Source of the DNA: Chrysomallon squamiferum
Lineage: Eukaryota; Animalia; Mollusca
Direction: 5' to 3'
NCBI GenBank assembly: GCA_012295275.1
Contig: CM022674.1
Span: 11,718,001-11,782,000, forward strand
Length of the DNA: 64,000 nucleotides
Within the stretch, counting starts at the first letter, position 1. Each line of letters starts with the position of its first letter. This document shows, piece after piece, positions 14,773 through 46,694 of this stretch. The notes beneath the pieces are model-generated. The model was not told the DNA's origin. It saw nothing but the letters and a program-made list of their open reading frames with translations, and ran no database searches. The position numbers were made by a program, and so were the translations under genes.

Positions 14773-15197
14773 GACTGTATCTATTAACCTGTCTCTGTAT
14801 CTGTCTATATATCTGTATCTCTCATATAATATTAATTGACATGTGTTGTTGTATATCATTTTTCCGGTGACAAAACCAACCTTACTTAAAAAATGTTGTT
14901 ATATGAAAAATATCTGAAGACAGTTCAGTTACATTTAGGGTTTGAATATTTTTATAACAAATTTTCAATTATATAATCTTAATTTTAATATAAGTGAACA
15001 TTTTATTTGTGTAAACATTTTACTAAGTTTCATACAGGTAAACATTTTATTTAGTTGAATTATGTAAACATTTGAAACATTTGATGGGTTTGTAAACATT
15101 TGGCTTTGCTTGATGTATGTAAACAAAATTTCTTTTTCATTCACTCTTAATAGTCTGGGTTCATTCTCACTCTCTTTCTTTTTATCTCATTCTTACA

Positions 15198-15257
<60 letters not shown>

Positions 15258-15529
15258 CTGTGTAATAAGAGGTAAATAGATAATGTTACTTTTCATATCA
15301 CTTTTCATTACAATGTCTCTAATTTCAAACCAGCAAATGTTGTAATACGAGAGTCTGTTGTTGTAATCTGTGTTGTTGTTTCCTGTCAACTGAAAACTGC
15401 ATTAACAGATTTCATCATTCGAACCAGATTTCTTTAGTTTTATTACGTTGTTGTTTTTGTCTGAATATGAAATGATACCAAAATATTCTGATGAAATAGC
15501 TTTATAAAATAAAAATTACTTTTATTATT

Positions 15530-15998
15530 ACAACTACTATTACTACTACCACCACTACTACTGCTACTTCTTTTGTTATTATTACTATTACTACTTCTGT
15601 TACTGATATTACTACAACTGACATATTACAACAGCAACTGCTACCATGACAGTTACCACAACTACATATACTACTACTACTACCACTACACTACCACTAC
15701 TACTACTACTGCTAGTACTACAACCACTACTTTCATTACTACTACTATTACTACTACTTGTACTAATTCTATTACTACTACTACTTCTAGTAATCCTACA
15801 ACTAATATTATTTGTACTTCTACTCCTAGTACTACAACCACTACTATCATTACTTCCACTGTTACTACTAATTCTTGTACTACTACTACTACTACTACTA
15901 CTACTACCAATACTATTACTGTTGCTACTATTACTACTACTGCTGCTGCTGCTGCTACTACTGTTACTATTAGTACTAATACTGTTACCACCACTATT

Positions 15999-16043
<45 letters not shown>

Positions 16044-16050
16044 ATACTAG
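15530..16050. repeat. Degenerate (ACT)n trinucleotide microsatellite
   Basis: Generates Thr-, Leu- and Tyr-rich pseudo-ORFs in all frames. Confidence 0.9.
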
Positions 16051-16881
16051 AACCTGTGAGAAAAACAAGAAATGCTGATGCAGCTAGTTCTGTAACTGGT
16101 AGAGTTGTTCTTACTGGTATTGTTAGAACATGCTTGTACAAGATCTGTTTAATGTGTTACTTCACTTAATGTTCTTTATTTTTTTAATTTCTTGTCTTTG
16201 ATTTATTTTTGTTATTTTTTTTTTTTTAAATATATGTTCATTTTATGTTATTTGTTGTTCTTTTGTTAGATAATTCCTTTTTTTTTTTTTTTTTTTCTTG
16301 TGGCCTCTTCTTTTCTTATTTTCATTTTTCTTTTTGTTTATTTCTTTTTATTTCTTTTTTATTTTTTTTTTTTTTTTTATTTATTTTTTTTATTTTTTTA
16401 TTTATTTTATTTTTTTTTTTTTATTTTTTTTTATTTATTTATTTATTGTAATTGTTGTTTGTTTCTTTTTTGTTGTTGTTTTTATCTTGTTTTCGTTCTT
16501 TCTCTCTCTTTTTTTTTTTTCTTTAACCACTAACAGAAAATCTCGATTAACACTATTATACATTTCACAACCCTTAGTTCAGTTCTGACATTGATATATT
16601 CTGTGTGTACATTTGAACCTGATATGAAGAGCACCACTGTTGTGCTAATGTTGCATGTGGTGTAAATGTCAAACTCAGGTAAATGAAAACCTGTCACCAT
16701 GAGTAAGTGCCCTGCATGCTGATCATTACAGTTATTGATTTTGAGTTCTCAACTGCAGCCCATCAAACCCAGCAACAGAAAGCAAAGCAGTTGATCGGTG
16801 GTAACCTTCCAGAGAGAGGAGCTGAGTGGTTTTATCAGTAGAGTAATTCACAGTTTCATCAGTTTAAAATTATGTATCATT

Positions 16882-16924
<43 letters not shown>

Positions 16925-16968
16925 CAAAAATGAGACAGAAACAAACATAAACACATACACAATCAAGA

Positions 16969-16999
<31 letters not shown>

Positions 17000-17159
17000 T
17001 ATATATAGCCAGACAAACAGTGATAGATATCTATATATATTTAAATATATATTGAGAGAGAGATAGATAGATAGATATACATACAACTTTATAACATTAA
17101 TTCAGTAATTATACAACATTTAGATTATAGTTGTGAAATATCAAACTAATTGTAAAGAA

Positions 17160-17370
17160 CTTCTCATGGGTTATTCTGTCCTGTCAGCAGCAAGTAATCT
17201 TTTATATGCACCATGTCAGTGACAAAACACTACATACCATGTTCTTTGTAACACCAGCTTTTGAACACTGGCTGGAATGAGAAATGTATCAATGGCTGCT
17301 CCAGCAGGGATTGAACTAGTGACCCACCACACATAAAGTGGATGTGCTAGCACTCAGCTTGGCCTTGCTT
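17160..17370 (+). mobile_element. Decayed copy of a dispersed SINE-like repeat family; related copies at about 5960-6125, 7060-7200, 19670-19860, 40380-40550 and, inverted, about 2100-2200, 35660-35860, 37070-37250
   Basis: Shared motifs seen by eye: CAGCAAG..ATCTTTTATATG, CACAGACAGG, CTGG(C/T)TGGAATG(A/G)GAAA, GATT(T)GA(T/A)C. Family identity not verified by search. Confidence 0.5.
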
Positions 17371-17467
17371 AGATTTGAAATGAGAAAAAGAAGCCTGGAG
17401 GGAAATTTCTCATAAACAAAATTTGATTTCAGTTTATTGTGTCTGTCACATGTTTATGAATAACATA

Positions 17468-17620
17468 AAATTTGATTGGTTAATTAATTGATAATGAAAC
17501 AGAGAATTTGATTGGTTAATTGTACTAGTAATGAAACAGAGAATTTGATTGGTTAATTGTACTGATAATGAAACACAAAATGTGATTGGTTAATTGTACT
17601 AGTAATGAAACATAGAATTG
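17468..17620. repeat. 37-bp minisatellite x4 (TTTGATTGGTTAATTGTACTAGTAATGAAACAGAGAA) with further dispersed cores to ~17890
   Basis: Directly visible. Confidence 0.85.
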
Positions 17621-18019
17621 GACTTGCCATGAGAGTCTGGTGGAACAAAAGATTTTATTGTTAACAATCTAGAAAGCAGCTGGAAGCTTTATTAATTACT
17701 TGTTTTGAAAAACTGTTTTTATGAATCACAAAATGTGTTTGGGTAATTGTCTTGCCTTAAGAAATTAATAAAAGACAAAATTTGATTGGTTAATTTCTTG
17801 AACACCTATGTTAAAACACAATATTTGATTGGTTAATTGTTTTGATGTGTATGATTTGAAAAAGAACTAAATCCAACTTGTTAATTGCAACCACAGTAGA
17901 TTTTGAATGATTTAAATTTAATATTTAACAGTAAAAACAGACACTGCCATAGTAAATTATTTTTTTTCTTCTTTTTTTCCACTTTGTTTATTTTTATTAT
18001 TACTATTATTGTTATTATT

Positions 18020-18058
<39 letters not shown>

Positions 18059-18527
18059 GGTAGTAGTAGTAGTAATAAAATTATTTATTTATATATATAT
18101 ACATTTTTGCCACTGGACTTTTAGGTGGTTTTTTTTTGTTTGTTTGTTTTTTTTTTTTCATCAAATTTCAGAGCCCCTGATATATAAGGATACAACATGA
18201 ATGAATAAAAAAAATTCCTTTCACATATTTTTCAGTCTGTGCCCCTTTTATACATGCAAGGAGTCACATGTCCCCCCCCCCATTAACAATGGCTGTCTCC
18301 AGTTAAAGGTGGAATTAAATAAAAGCTTTAAAAGTTGGTATGAACTGATTCATCAAAGACTGTTTGAAATAAAATGAAAATAAAATGAAATGGAAAGAAA
18401 TAGAAAAAGAGAGAGTTGAAATGAAAGAATGTTATAAGAACATAAACAAGTTATTTTTTATAATCAAATTTGAGATTTTGTTATCTTGACAACTGGTGTT
18501 AGATTTTATTATTACCAGTTATTTTAG

Positions 18528-18861
<334 letters not shown>

Positions 18862-19498
18862 CTGGAAATATAAAAGAAAGGCCAACTAATGATATGAGTT
18901 ATTAAATTTGTCAAATTCTAAATTCTTCAAATATTAAATCAGTTTTAAATGTAAATTCACTACTCTTCTAGAATACTTTTAATAATTCTGTATTTATATT
19001 TATACAAATGAAAAAACAAGTTTAAGCAATTTGTTTTCATATTTAAAAACAAAAATTAAAAAAACAAATAAGCAAAAATTTGGAACTAGAACAGTAGTAT
19101 TTTGGTAATAACATTAATTTATAAATAAAATTTTGTTTCCAAAAATTTTATTTATTACGTCTACCAAGAAATACCATTTTCATTTTCTCAGTTCTGGTTT
19201 GTCAATAGGCTTGAGACTGTATTAAGTTAATGTACAACCTATACATGTATTTTGATAATGTGGAAAATTAATGTTTATAATGCAGAAATAAACAGCTGTG
19301 TCTTTCAGTGTTTTAATATTGATTTAAAATATAGTGTTTAAATAGGTAACTCTATTTAGATAGTGTATGTTATGTCAGTCTCTGTAAATGTGCTTAGGAA
19401 TGAATATTCTGTTATCTTGAGTATCTGATTAAACTGTACACATCAACAGTATTCAAGAATGCACTGGCAGAGGAGGATAAAATCCTATGTGTGTATCT

Positions 19499-19594
<96 letters not shown>

Positions 19595-20848
19595 CTGTTT
19601 ATTTTTTGTTTTAAAATTGACTTAAAACATAACATTTTAACTTAGCTTATATCTAAAGATGTGTCTGTGTGTACTTGTGAGTGCTACAAGATATTTCACA
19701 CTACACACAACTCACAGACAGGTAAAGACACAACACAGCTTTTAATAAACTGGTTCAAACTGGCTAGAATGGAAAATACTCCTGTGGGTGCAGTGAAGAG
19801 ATTTGATCCTGAAAACAGACACACCAGACCTCAGCAGACTAACCACAAAGTTTGATCAGTTCCACTGAATCTAGATTTACTCCTTAAATCAATTTTAAGA
19901 GATTTATCTCACACATGTCACCTTTAATGTAATTTACATTTTTTTTAAAATTACATTGCTTCTAGAACATGTTTTATTGTTTTTCAGCTGGGGGTAGAAC
20001 CTGCAGACTTTGTTTGTTTGTTATTGGGTTTTTTAGTCGTTTTTCTTCTTGTTGTTGTAGTTGTTATTTTGTTTTTAACTCATCTTTACCTCACAGATTT
20101 AACTTTTATGTGTTTAATTTCATTATTATTATTATTATCATTTTTTTTTTTTTTTTTTTTAACAGTGAAATATCTTTTTCTCAGAATTCATATCCACTGT
20201 TTTCAGAAACCTGTATCTGACATCTAATTAATTAAGTCTCTGTGCAAAGCAGGATTAGTCTGTATCGGTTATTTTCACATGTTGATAAGCTTTGATTAAA
20301 TGTTTATTTATTTCTTTTTAATAATGATTAGAAATTAAACTTTAATAATAATGAAGTATGTCCGTAGAGATAAAGGAAACAAGCTAAAAAGTCAAATCTG
20401 TGAAGATTTTCCAGAGACACGATTCTAGGAATTACTGAGGTTTTATTAAGAAGGGGGATAACTGTACATCAAAAGTTTTATAGTTTATACACTCAATGGA
20501 TAAAGCTCTTTCTTTGTGAATCCTTTCTGTGTTGGTGTTTAAACATAAAGGAGCAATATGCAATATTACATTTTATGCACAAGGGAGATAACTGTTAAAG
20601 AAATTATTATGAAAATAGGTTTTATATTTAACCAAATTTTATACTGACATTCAAATTATTAATTAATATTTATTAATTTGTATTTTATATTTATTTGTAT
20701 ACATACATACAAACATTTACACAATCATACACATATATGTACATACTCACATATACACAGATATACATATACATACATGCATACAGACATACATTCATAT
20801 AGATATGCAGACACACACAGACACACTAACACACAGATAAAAAGTTGA

Positions 20849-20886
<38 letters not shown>

Positions 20887-20899
20887 GGTAATTGTTAAC

Positions 20900-21549
20900 A
20901 TTTCTGTAATGAAACTGATATTTAAAATATGTAATTAAATATGTACCAATATATATATTATTGAAGTATTGTTTTCACAGAATATAAAGTTATTTGTTAA
21001 ATAAACTGATATTTTGTGTAATTAAACATATACTATAATATATATAACTGTTATTATTTTCACAGAACACTGATATTCAGACATAATTTATATAACTAGT
21101 ATTATATAGAAATACGTGTAATAAAACTGACATTATTATCTATGTAACTATTATTATTTTCACAGAGTGAAATGAGATACTGACTTATCCATTTTCACAG
21201 AAAAATGTGAAATGAGATACTGATCTTATCCATATAACTACATTTATTATATATTTAAACAGATACTATTATCCATATAACTATTATTATATGAAAAAAT
21301 GTGTAATAAAAGTGATATTAATATACATACTGTTATCTGTATAACTATTATTATAAAAACATACATTAATAAAAGTGGTATTTAAACATACTATTATCTG
21401 TATAACTATTATTATAAAAACATACATTAATAAAAGTGGTATTTAAACAGATACTATTATCTGTATAACTATTATTATAAAAACATACATTAATAAAAGT
21501 GGTATTTAAACAGATACTGTTATCTATAAAACTGTTACTGTTTTCACAG

Positions 21550-21556
<7 letters not shown>
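20900..21556. repeat. ~61-63-bp degenerate tandem array ending at the splice acceptor of exon 21550
   Basis: TAATAAAAGTGGT at 21367, 21428, 21491; TTTTCACAGA copies at about 20972, 21057, 21157, 21192 and at the real acceptor (21541-21550). Confidence 0.75.
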
Positions 21557-38375
<16,819 letters not shown>

Positions 38376-39307
38376 AAAATGAATTGTTTCCCTTCACAAA
38401 TATGAACTCCATGCAGACATCTTCAGGAGAGAGGTAAAAAAGCAAAAGATGAACTCAAACTGCAGGCCAGGGAGAGAAATCAAGGGTCAAGAAAACTGTA
38501 GAAAATTCAGAAATTATTGCACCATTTGTATTTTCAGCATTAGCTCATTTGAAAACCTGAGTAGCTGTAACCATGACGACTAGGCTATAAAATGGCTGAA
38601 TGGAAGAAAACCAAGAAGAAAAGGCACAAATTGTCACAGTTTGTGTTTTCATGGGTTAAAAAGATTTAAGTTGAAGAAGGAAAAAAAAAAAAAAAAGCAG
38701 AAATACAAAATATATTTATGAAAATTGGGAAGGAAAATGTTTTGAGATGCTGTTTTAATAACCTCATTAATTTTTTTTGTTGTGTACTTAAGTACAAAAC
38801 AACATCTTTGTTTCATCTTTCTTTGTATATTTTTATACTTGCCATGTTAAATGTTTGTTTGTTTTTGTCAACAGACACTATTTGATGGAGTATTTGTGTG
38901 AAAAAAAAAAAAAACAACAAATGTTAAAATAATTATACATTTTTCCATTGTTTTTAAAAGTAGAATTATCATTAAAAACTAGTGAAATACATACAAGTTT
39001 CAGTGACAGAATTGTAAAGGACAAAAATTTTAAAAATTATATTAAATAAAAATTAACTGACAGTCTTAAAAAAAAAAAAATTAATTTAGATTTCAGAATA
39101 ATTATAATTATTTGATAGTCACATAATAAGAATTCTAAATATCTCTTATAAGATTTTCCACTGAAGAAAAACAAATAATAATAATGAATCACCCAAATAC
39201 TAATAACTGATTCTTTGTAAACTTACAGATACTTAGAGAAATATACACTAACTTATTTAATATTGAAGCCTTTTAACTCATTCTTTCAGAATGTTTGATC
39301 ATAAATA

Positions 39308-39393
<86 letters not shown>

Positions 39394-41898
39394 TACTACT
39401 ACTACTAATAATAATAGCAAATACATAACTATTTTTGGATGTTTCTCATTATGATGAACACAATATCCCAGCTGGAAGAAAAAGCATTAAATAAATTTTG
39501 TATTTTTTTAAAACTCTAGTGAAAAAAATAAAAATAAAAAATTCCTATTTGAAAATGAGCCTAACATAGATTTGAGTGAACATTTTATTAATAATCTGAG
39601 AAATAAGGAACTAGTTGATGTTAGTAAAAAAAAAAAATCCAATAAAACTTTTTTTTTCATTAAAAAACACTACGATAAAGAATATTTTAAATTAATCAAA
39701 TAAATTATTATTAAGAATGACTAATTAGGTCAAAGGCATTGCTTAATGAAGTGAAATTGTGTAAAAAAAATTGTCTAAAAACTGGCAACTATGGTACAAT
39801 GGGACATCTCTTGACAAACAATCATTAATTTTTAATATAAAAATATACACTGCTTCAGGGAAATTTCTATTGTAAATAATTTGACTTCATCCTTTGCATT
39901 ATTAAAGTGTCTATCACAAATACCACTAAACACAGAGACAATTTCTGCTTGTCTACTGTAGTTTCAAAAAATCATGTTTTAGCAAAACCACATGTAGTAA
40001 GATTACATACATAAAAAATATTGCACTGTTTTTAATCCTGAATTCGAATTTTATTTGTAATATAAATGATTAAAATGACAAATGGCTTTTGCACTGTTGT
40101 TGTTTTGCATTGTTGTGATTTTTCTTAAGCACCACAGCCATGCTTGCATATTACAAAGTTATGTCTGATAGTTATGTAATTTCACCAGAACTTATGAATA
40201 GATGTAGCCAATGATATATAGGAAATTATTTCTGGTAAAAACTCATTTTAAAACTCTAAACTTAACACCAGAGTCAGTCAATCTTCAAACATTTACCACA
40301 GAAATGTGTGTTACAGCTGAATATTTAAGTTAGTATTAAGATTTTAAAGTTCACTTAGTTTTTAATTTTATGATTACATGGGAAGAATCCTGATGGGTTA
40401 TTCCTACTACTTAACAGTAAAGGATAAACTATATGAACCTTCCAATATACAGGATAGCACTTTACAATTTTGTTTAACAAGTCATGAAGACCTGTTGGAT
40501 TGGGAAAAAGGCTGAAAGAGAATTATCCTGAATTCACTCACCATTAGGCTGACAATGATGATTTCGACTTTTGCAGTGATTTTGTGTTATCAGCATGCTA
40601 GTGTGTTATGTATGCTTACTATGTAATTTAATAACTGTAATAATTTTTTTTTTTTTCTAATTCCCTAACTCCTACTGGGTTGTTTTAGTAGAATGAAACC
40701 TAGCATCAAGGCAGCATATGCAAAATAAAAACAAAACTGTTAAATCCAAAATAATAAAATTTGTTTTAAGGAACAATTATTATTATAAATTATTTACACT
40801 GAGGCAGCATAACACTGATTTTATTTTTATTTAGTAATTATTATAATTATTTATTTATTCATTTATTTACTTGATAAAATGTATCACTGTATCTTAGTTA
40901 CAACAAGAGGCTATTACATCCATGGCAGATCTACAGACAAGGTTCTAAATAAAATACAACATAAAATAAACAATTAAGATGTTCATAATCTCACTAATTC
41001 AGAAGAACAAGTAATGAAACAAAATAAATTTCAGGAATGTTAATGATTAAAATTACCTATGTCACAACAGTTATTTTGATTACATTTACTTAGATATAAC
41101 AGTATAATATCTAATGTAACCTAAAACTTTAAAATATTTATGTATTTATTATAATATAATAAATACATTATAATAAATACATAAATATTTTAGTTTTAGG
41201 TTCATTTAATTACTCTAATAACAATTAACTGTGGTTTACAAAAATCTAATTCTAGATTATTGTATGTAAATATTTTGATTTTACTTACATTTAAAATGTT
41301 TATATATAATTTATTTACTAACAAACTGACCATTGTGTACTAAATTATTATTGTGTTATTGATGTTGTAGCATTTTTATTACTATTAAATTGTTTAATTG
41401 TTGCTGTTAGTTATTAAATGCATGACTATTAATTTATTATTACAATTATTGTCATTTTTTATTATTATTTTTATTCTCATTATTAATTTTTATTATTTAA
41501 CATTTACATTTATTGTTACTGTTAAATATTATTTCTATTAAATGTTATTAAAAATGACATTCTTGTTTGTTTTGCACCTTCTTTTTGTTTATTTTTTTAA
41601 TTTCTGAAAATTACATTATTTATTATTTAACATGTATTGACAGAAGTCAATTTAAAACAAATTACAGCTTGTAAAATTTTATTTTATTTTATTTTTTAAA
41701 ATCTGTTCTACTTTATAATGCATATAACCTATGCGATGTAAAGTAGCTATCATCTATGTCACATTATGTCCAACATTTTCATTTGTAAATAAATAATACT
41801 TAGAAATTAGCTGTCTGTTCTTTCTTGTTTGCATTTCATGATTCTACAGCTAAAATAAAGTGTTTAATTAACAAAATCAAAACAATAATTTTTATTTA

Positions 41899-41944
<46 letters not shown>

Positions 41945-42032
41945 AAGACCTTCCAGCTCTAACCACTCTGAATATATTTTTAAATTTTGCTTTGATGCCA
42001 ATATCTTGCTGGTTATACATAATTATTAAATA

Positions 42033-42063
<31 letters not shown>

Positions 42064-42704
42064 GAAAATTTTATCTTTGGGCACAAACTTGTAATAGATC
42101 TATAAAATTAATACATTTAGGTTGGAGTATTCACTGTATATATTTCACGGTGTGTGTGTGTGTTTGTGTGCGTGTGTAAAAACTCGGAGGATAGTTACTG
42201 GTACGTACTATTTATTATGAGTTATTATTAGTGTAAAATGTGAAAATCATTAAAATGTTTAACGTTAAGCATCGCGATATCTGTTGCATTACGGCATGAC
42301 AACTACACTGTAAACAGCACTTAAATAAAAATAGCCTATAAATTGTATTTTAATGTTAAATTGGGAAGAAAAAATTAATTGTAATAAAAATTTCATCGAA
42401 AATGCTGTAAATTTTAATTTTATTTTTAATTTGTAATATCCATTTGATTAATAATTATTAGTAAAAAATAATAGATACATAAAACAAAATTGTGTCATTA
42501 AATAATAAAAATAATAATGAAAAGAAAGAAAGAAAGAAAGAAAAGTAAAATAACAAAAAAGAGTAAACCATTACTTCAACTGCTTTAAAAACTCGGTCGC
42601 CAGCAGCAAAAATTGGGTTATACTACTTTCTACTCCACGTTTTTTTTCTCTTTTTGTTTTCATTTTGACAAGTAGTGTACCTAAATACTTGTGTAAACGT
42701 TATG

Positions 42705-42751
<47 letters not shown>

Positions 42752-43646
42752 AATCGCATTATTTGCGAACTAAACTTTTTTCTAGTGACTTCATTCATGT
42801 TAAGTTACTCTCTGGACTGAATTAATTACATTTAAAACCAAATGGAAGACGTAATTTGAAATAAAAAGTAGCAATGGAAATTCAAGATATGTTTAATAAA
42901 ATAATAATTGTTGCTGTTATTATTGTTATTACTCTTTTTGTTTGTTTATTTATTTATTTATTTATTATAATAATGATGTAAGTAATACTGTCACAAAATA
43001 TTACTCTATTTTATATCGCAGCTTAAATTATATATTTTATATACCTCGATTGAGACTATGCATAGACTGCAACCGGCTATACATATGAATCGAAGATACC
43101 CAACGTACAGAGACTGCGATTTCTGTAACAGACGTTCGTGTGCTTTTAAAATATAACATATTTAATAATTTATTTTAAAAATACCAGTTTTCAAAGTACA
43201 GAAATAAATATAAAGTAAATGACGATGAAATAATTACTTCTCTCTATTTTTGAAAATACACATATACATATATCTAAAGATATTTTTCTTTCATTCTTTC
43301 TTTTATTTATTTATTTATTTTTATTATTATTATTATTTTTTTAATTATTATCTTTGTGAATAAGCATATATACATCGTTAACAACTGATTTATGTCAGTT
43401 CAATGAAAGGTTTTTACAGTCGTCTGCACTTTGAACAGCAACTGAAAAGGTCACAATACTTTCTAATCAACATGCATTAAATTAGGAGCACTATTGCACC
43501 GATGACATTCGGTATTATTTTTATATATACATTTGAATATAATACGAATAAAAATAATATAATCACCTGCGGGTTCAGGCACCACCAGGGATAATTATAT
43601 ATTCATTATTATTATAATTTTCATGATGTTGATGTTTATTATCAAC

Positions 43647-43694
<48 letters not shown>

Positions 43695-44138
43695 GCAAAC
43701 AAAAAGAGCTTGATAGCAAATTGTGATACGACATTCAATGTTTAATGTATTTTGTTGATTTTTCATTTTTAATAAATAAACATTAATATAATTAAACATA
43801 TTCAATTCACATGGTGAATGTCATTGATGCACGTTCGTTTTGTAACATTTTATTGATCATTACTGTAGCCGCAGTATTAAAAAGTTATCATTAATAATCT
43901 CTCTCCGCATTGTCGGATAGTTAATTTTTAATCCCCCCCACTTTCTCTGGAGCTATTATTCTCTTCTTCCTCTAAAACAGTAATGTCTGAAATATATTGT
44001 TTGCATATCTGCATAACGTAATTTCAGGTTTCATAATAAGATAATAGCTTAAATAAATAAATAAATACTGAAACCAATACAAGTCAGATCAAATGTATTA
44101 ACAAAGTGCATGTTAGAATTAAAACAATACAATATGGA

Positions 44139-44222
<84 letters not shown>

Positions 44223-44349
44223 CATATATTTCCTGTTTAATTAAGTGATAAAGTATTTCATAGTAGAAGTTCTGTCAGTTTGTTTACTGCAATGTTATCA
44301 ACTATAGGTAACAGATTAAATTCGGTAATTATTTCATCATGCTTTTGCA

Positions 44350-46694
44350 GAAACACTATATCGGTCGTTTAACTAATAGTATTCCTCCTTTTTAAGGCGC
44401 GCGTGGCTTCCTACTTTATGTTAAGAGTGCTGTTCTCTCGATCATCATCAAAAAAGGTATACAAAACAGTTTTATTGATCGATGTAAGGCATATATTGTA
44501 TCATAAAGTAGTATTAATCTTAAATATATTGTATGCACGAGATTGTGTACTTATTTTGTTGGAAAATTGGTCATATTGGTGCATCTAGGAAGGTGGAATT
44601 TGCTGGGCTATCCCACAATGCAATCAAAAACCAAACACGGTTTATGTTACGCAAAGAAACAATGATACAATGAAATTTTGCTTAGCACCAGTCAATCAAA
44701 CCTTCTTCCATTTTTGTATTTTCGGCTGTCGCACTTGTCTGGTTACTGCGGATTCTATACGTTTTAGGTTAGATTAACAGAAAAGAAGAAAGTTACTTTG
44801 TATTTCTAGCTAGTTAATGGCGCACTAACCTGAGTTTTAAATATTAGGAAGCATGAGCTTTGCTCTTTAGGATCTAAATCCAATTCAAGGTTAAAACTTT
44901 AATTTAAAAATACCATTTCTGACTTTGCCCCAGCCAACGCTTGATGCAGTTTAAAGACCAATATTACTAAGTCTGAACTGACCATATCACCCAGGTCAGG
45001 AGTTTAGATTAGTACGAGTAACAAACATAACAATACAGTGAATACTGCTGATAACAATACAGTAATTAAAAAATACAAATGATAATCTAGAATAGCATTT
45101 ACAATCAATAACAAATGGGAAATAACTGAACTGGAATAAATACAAACTCTTATATATTTCTGTATTAAATGATGCATAATTATTGCATAAAAATTAAAAT
45201 GAATGAAATTAATACAAGATGTCAGTATAACTGTAACTTGTAAGCTATGAATAATAAATATTTGATGACTGATGTAAAACAAATGTCAAAATTGATCAAT
45301 TAACACTTTAAAAAAGAAATAATTGAAATTTGATTAGTTCAGATATATTTTCTTTTGTTAGGTTAGTAAATCAGAGGTAAACAAATTTCAATGGAAAATA
45401 TTTTCTTTGTAAAATTGTAAAACATGAACAAATTCTACCATGATTATTTGGTAAAATTCCATTTTAAAATGGTTTATTGAAATAAGTTAATAATTCAAAA
45501 TTTGTTTTGTATTGTAAAAAAGGAATTGATTTCTTCATTAAAAAAAAAAAAAAAAAAAAAATTAAATAAAAGGAAAAGAGAAAAACAGTTGTTTGATTCA
45601 ACAAACACATTTAATTTAAATGAGTCACCAGTTTTTGAAACATCTTGAGGACATTTTTTTTGTATTACATCTACACCGAATGTGGAAATATTAATACATT
45701 AATTATTATTAACATTTATACTTGCACAACATCACAATCATTTTAAAAATGTTCTTTCACTTTCAAATATTTATATAAAAAAAAACAACAACCCCAGAAT
45801 CAAATAATAACTCTAATGGTATTTTGAAATTCTGTTTACCTTTTATCCCCAGATTTTGCAGGAACTGGATTTGAAAAATCATAGATGCTGGGATAGACTG
45901 AACACTTTGTTCTCACAGTAGAATTCATCCATTTAAAGAGAACTAACAAGCTTGTGAGCATTAAAACTAGTTTTTCAGGTCATTTAATATTTGCTGTGGA
46001 ATTATTTTAAATAAGAAGAAAACAAAACATTCAGTATGTTTAGATATGTGTGTATTGTAATAACTTGATCACATTTACACAGATATACAAACAGAACAGA
46101 ACATTTAAGAAATTACATAATTTTATTTCAATGTGTAATGATTATGTGACTGAAGATTTTTAAATAACCATGATTTATTTTTTTAAATTTCGTTTTTAGC
46201 TTTTATTTTTTGATGTGAAAAAAAAAGAAATTTTATTAATAACATATTAAATTATATTTATACAAAACTTTATGACTATTTTGTCTCTAAATATTAATTT
46301 TGGTTATGAACATTGTTATTATTATTATTATCACTATTATTATTTTTTGTTTTGTTTCATTGCAGGATTAAATTTCTGAATGAAAATATCAAGAAGAATC
46401 TTTTTCAGTTTTGGCAGAAAATTTAGATACTCATTTTAAATATGATAATTCAGAAGTCCCAGAATCATTCACTCTTTATAAATAAAACTGGGAAATATTT
46501 AGCAATTATGAGAAATATTTACAACACTGAATAAATTATCTGCAGTCTTAAGAGATATATTAGGAGTATTCCTAAACTGACAGCAAAGAAGTGTAACTAA
46601 CATGATTTGTTTAGACAACTGACAGTAATAATTTTAAAACTAAGAGGTAGCAGTCAGTACAAACAATACACAGTGTTAGTTAAATACAAACATT
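44350..46694 (+). promoter_or_regulatory. Probable promoter and spliced 5' UTR of the zinc-finger gene (CpG cluster 44350-44770; candidate UTR exon ~45853-45953; terminal-exon acceptor TTTCATTGCAG ending 46365)
   Basis: CpG retention and plausible acceptor/donor motifs; no transcript evidence. Confidence 0.35.

Noticed and set aside
15573-16169. Thr-rich mucin-like 198-aa ORF
   Set aside because: (ACT)n microsatellite; non-ATG start and homopolymeric translations in all frames.
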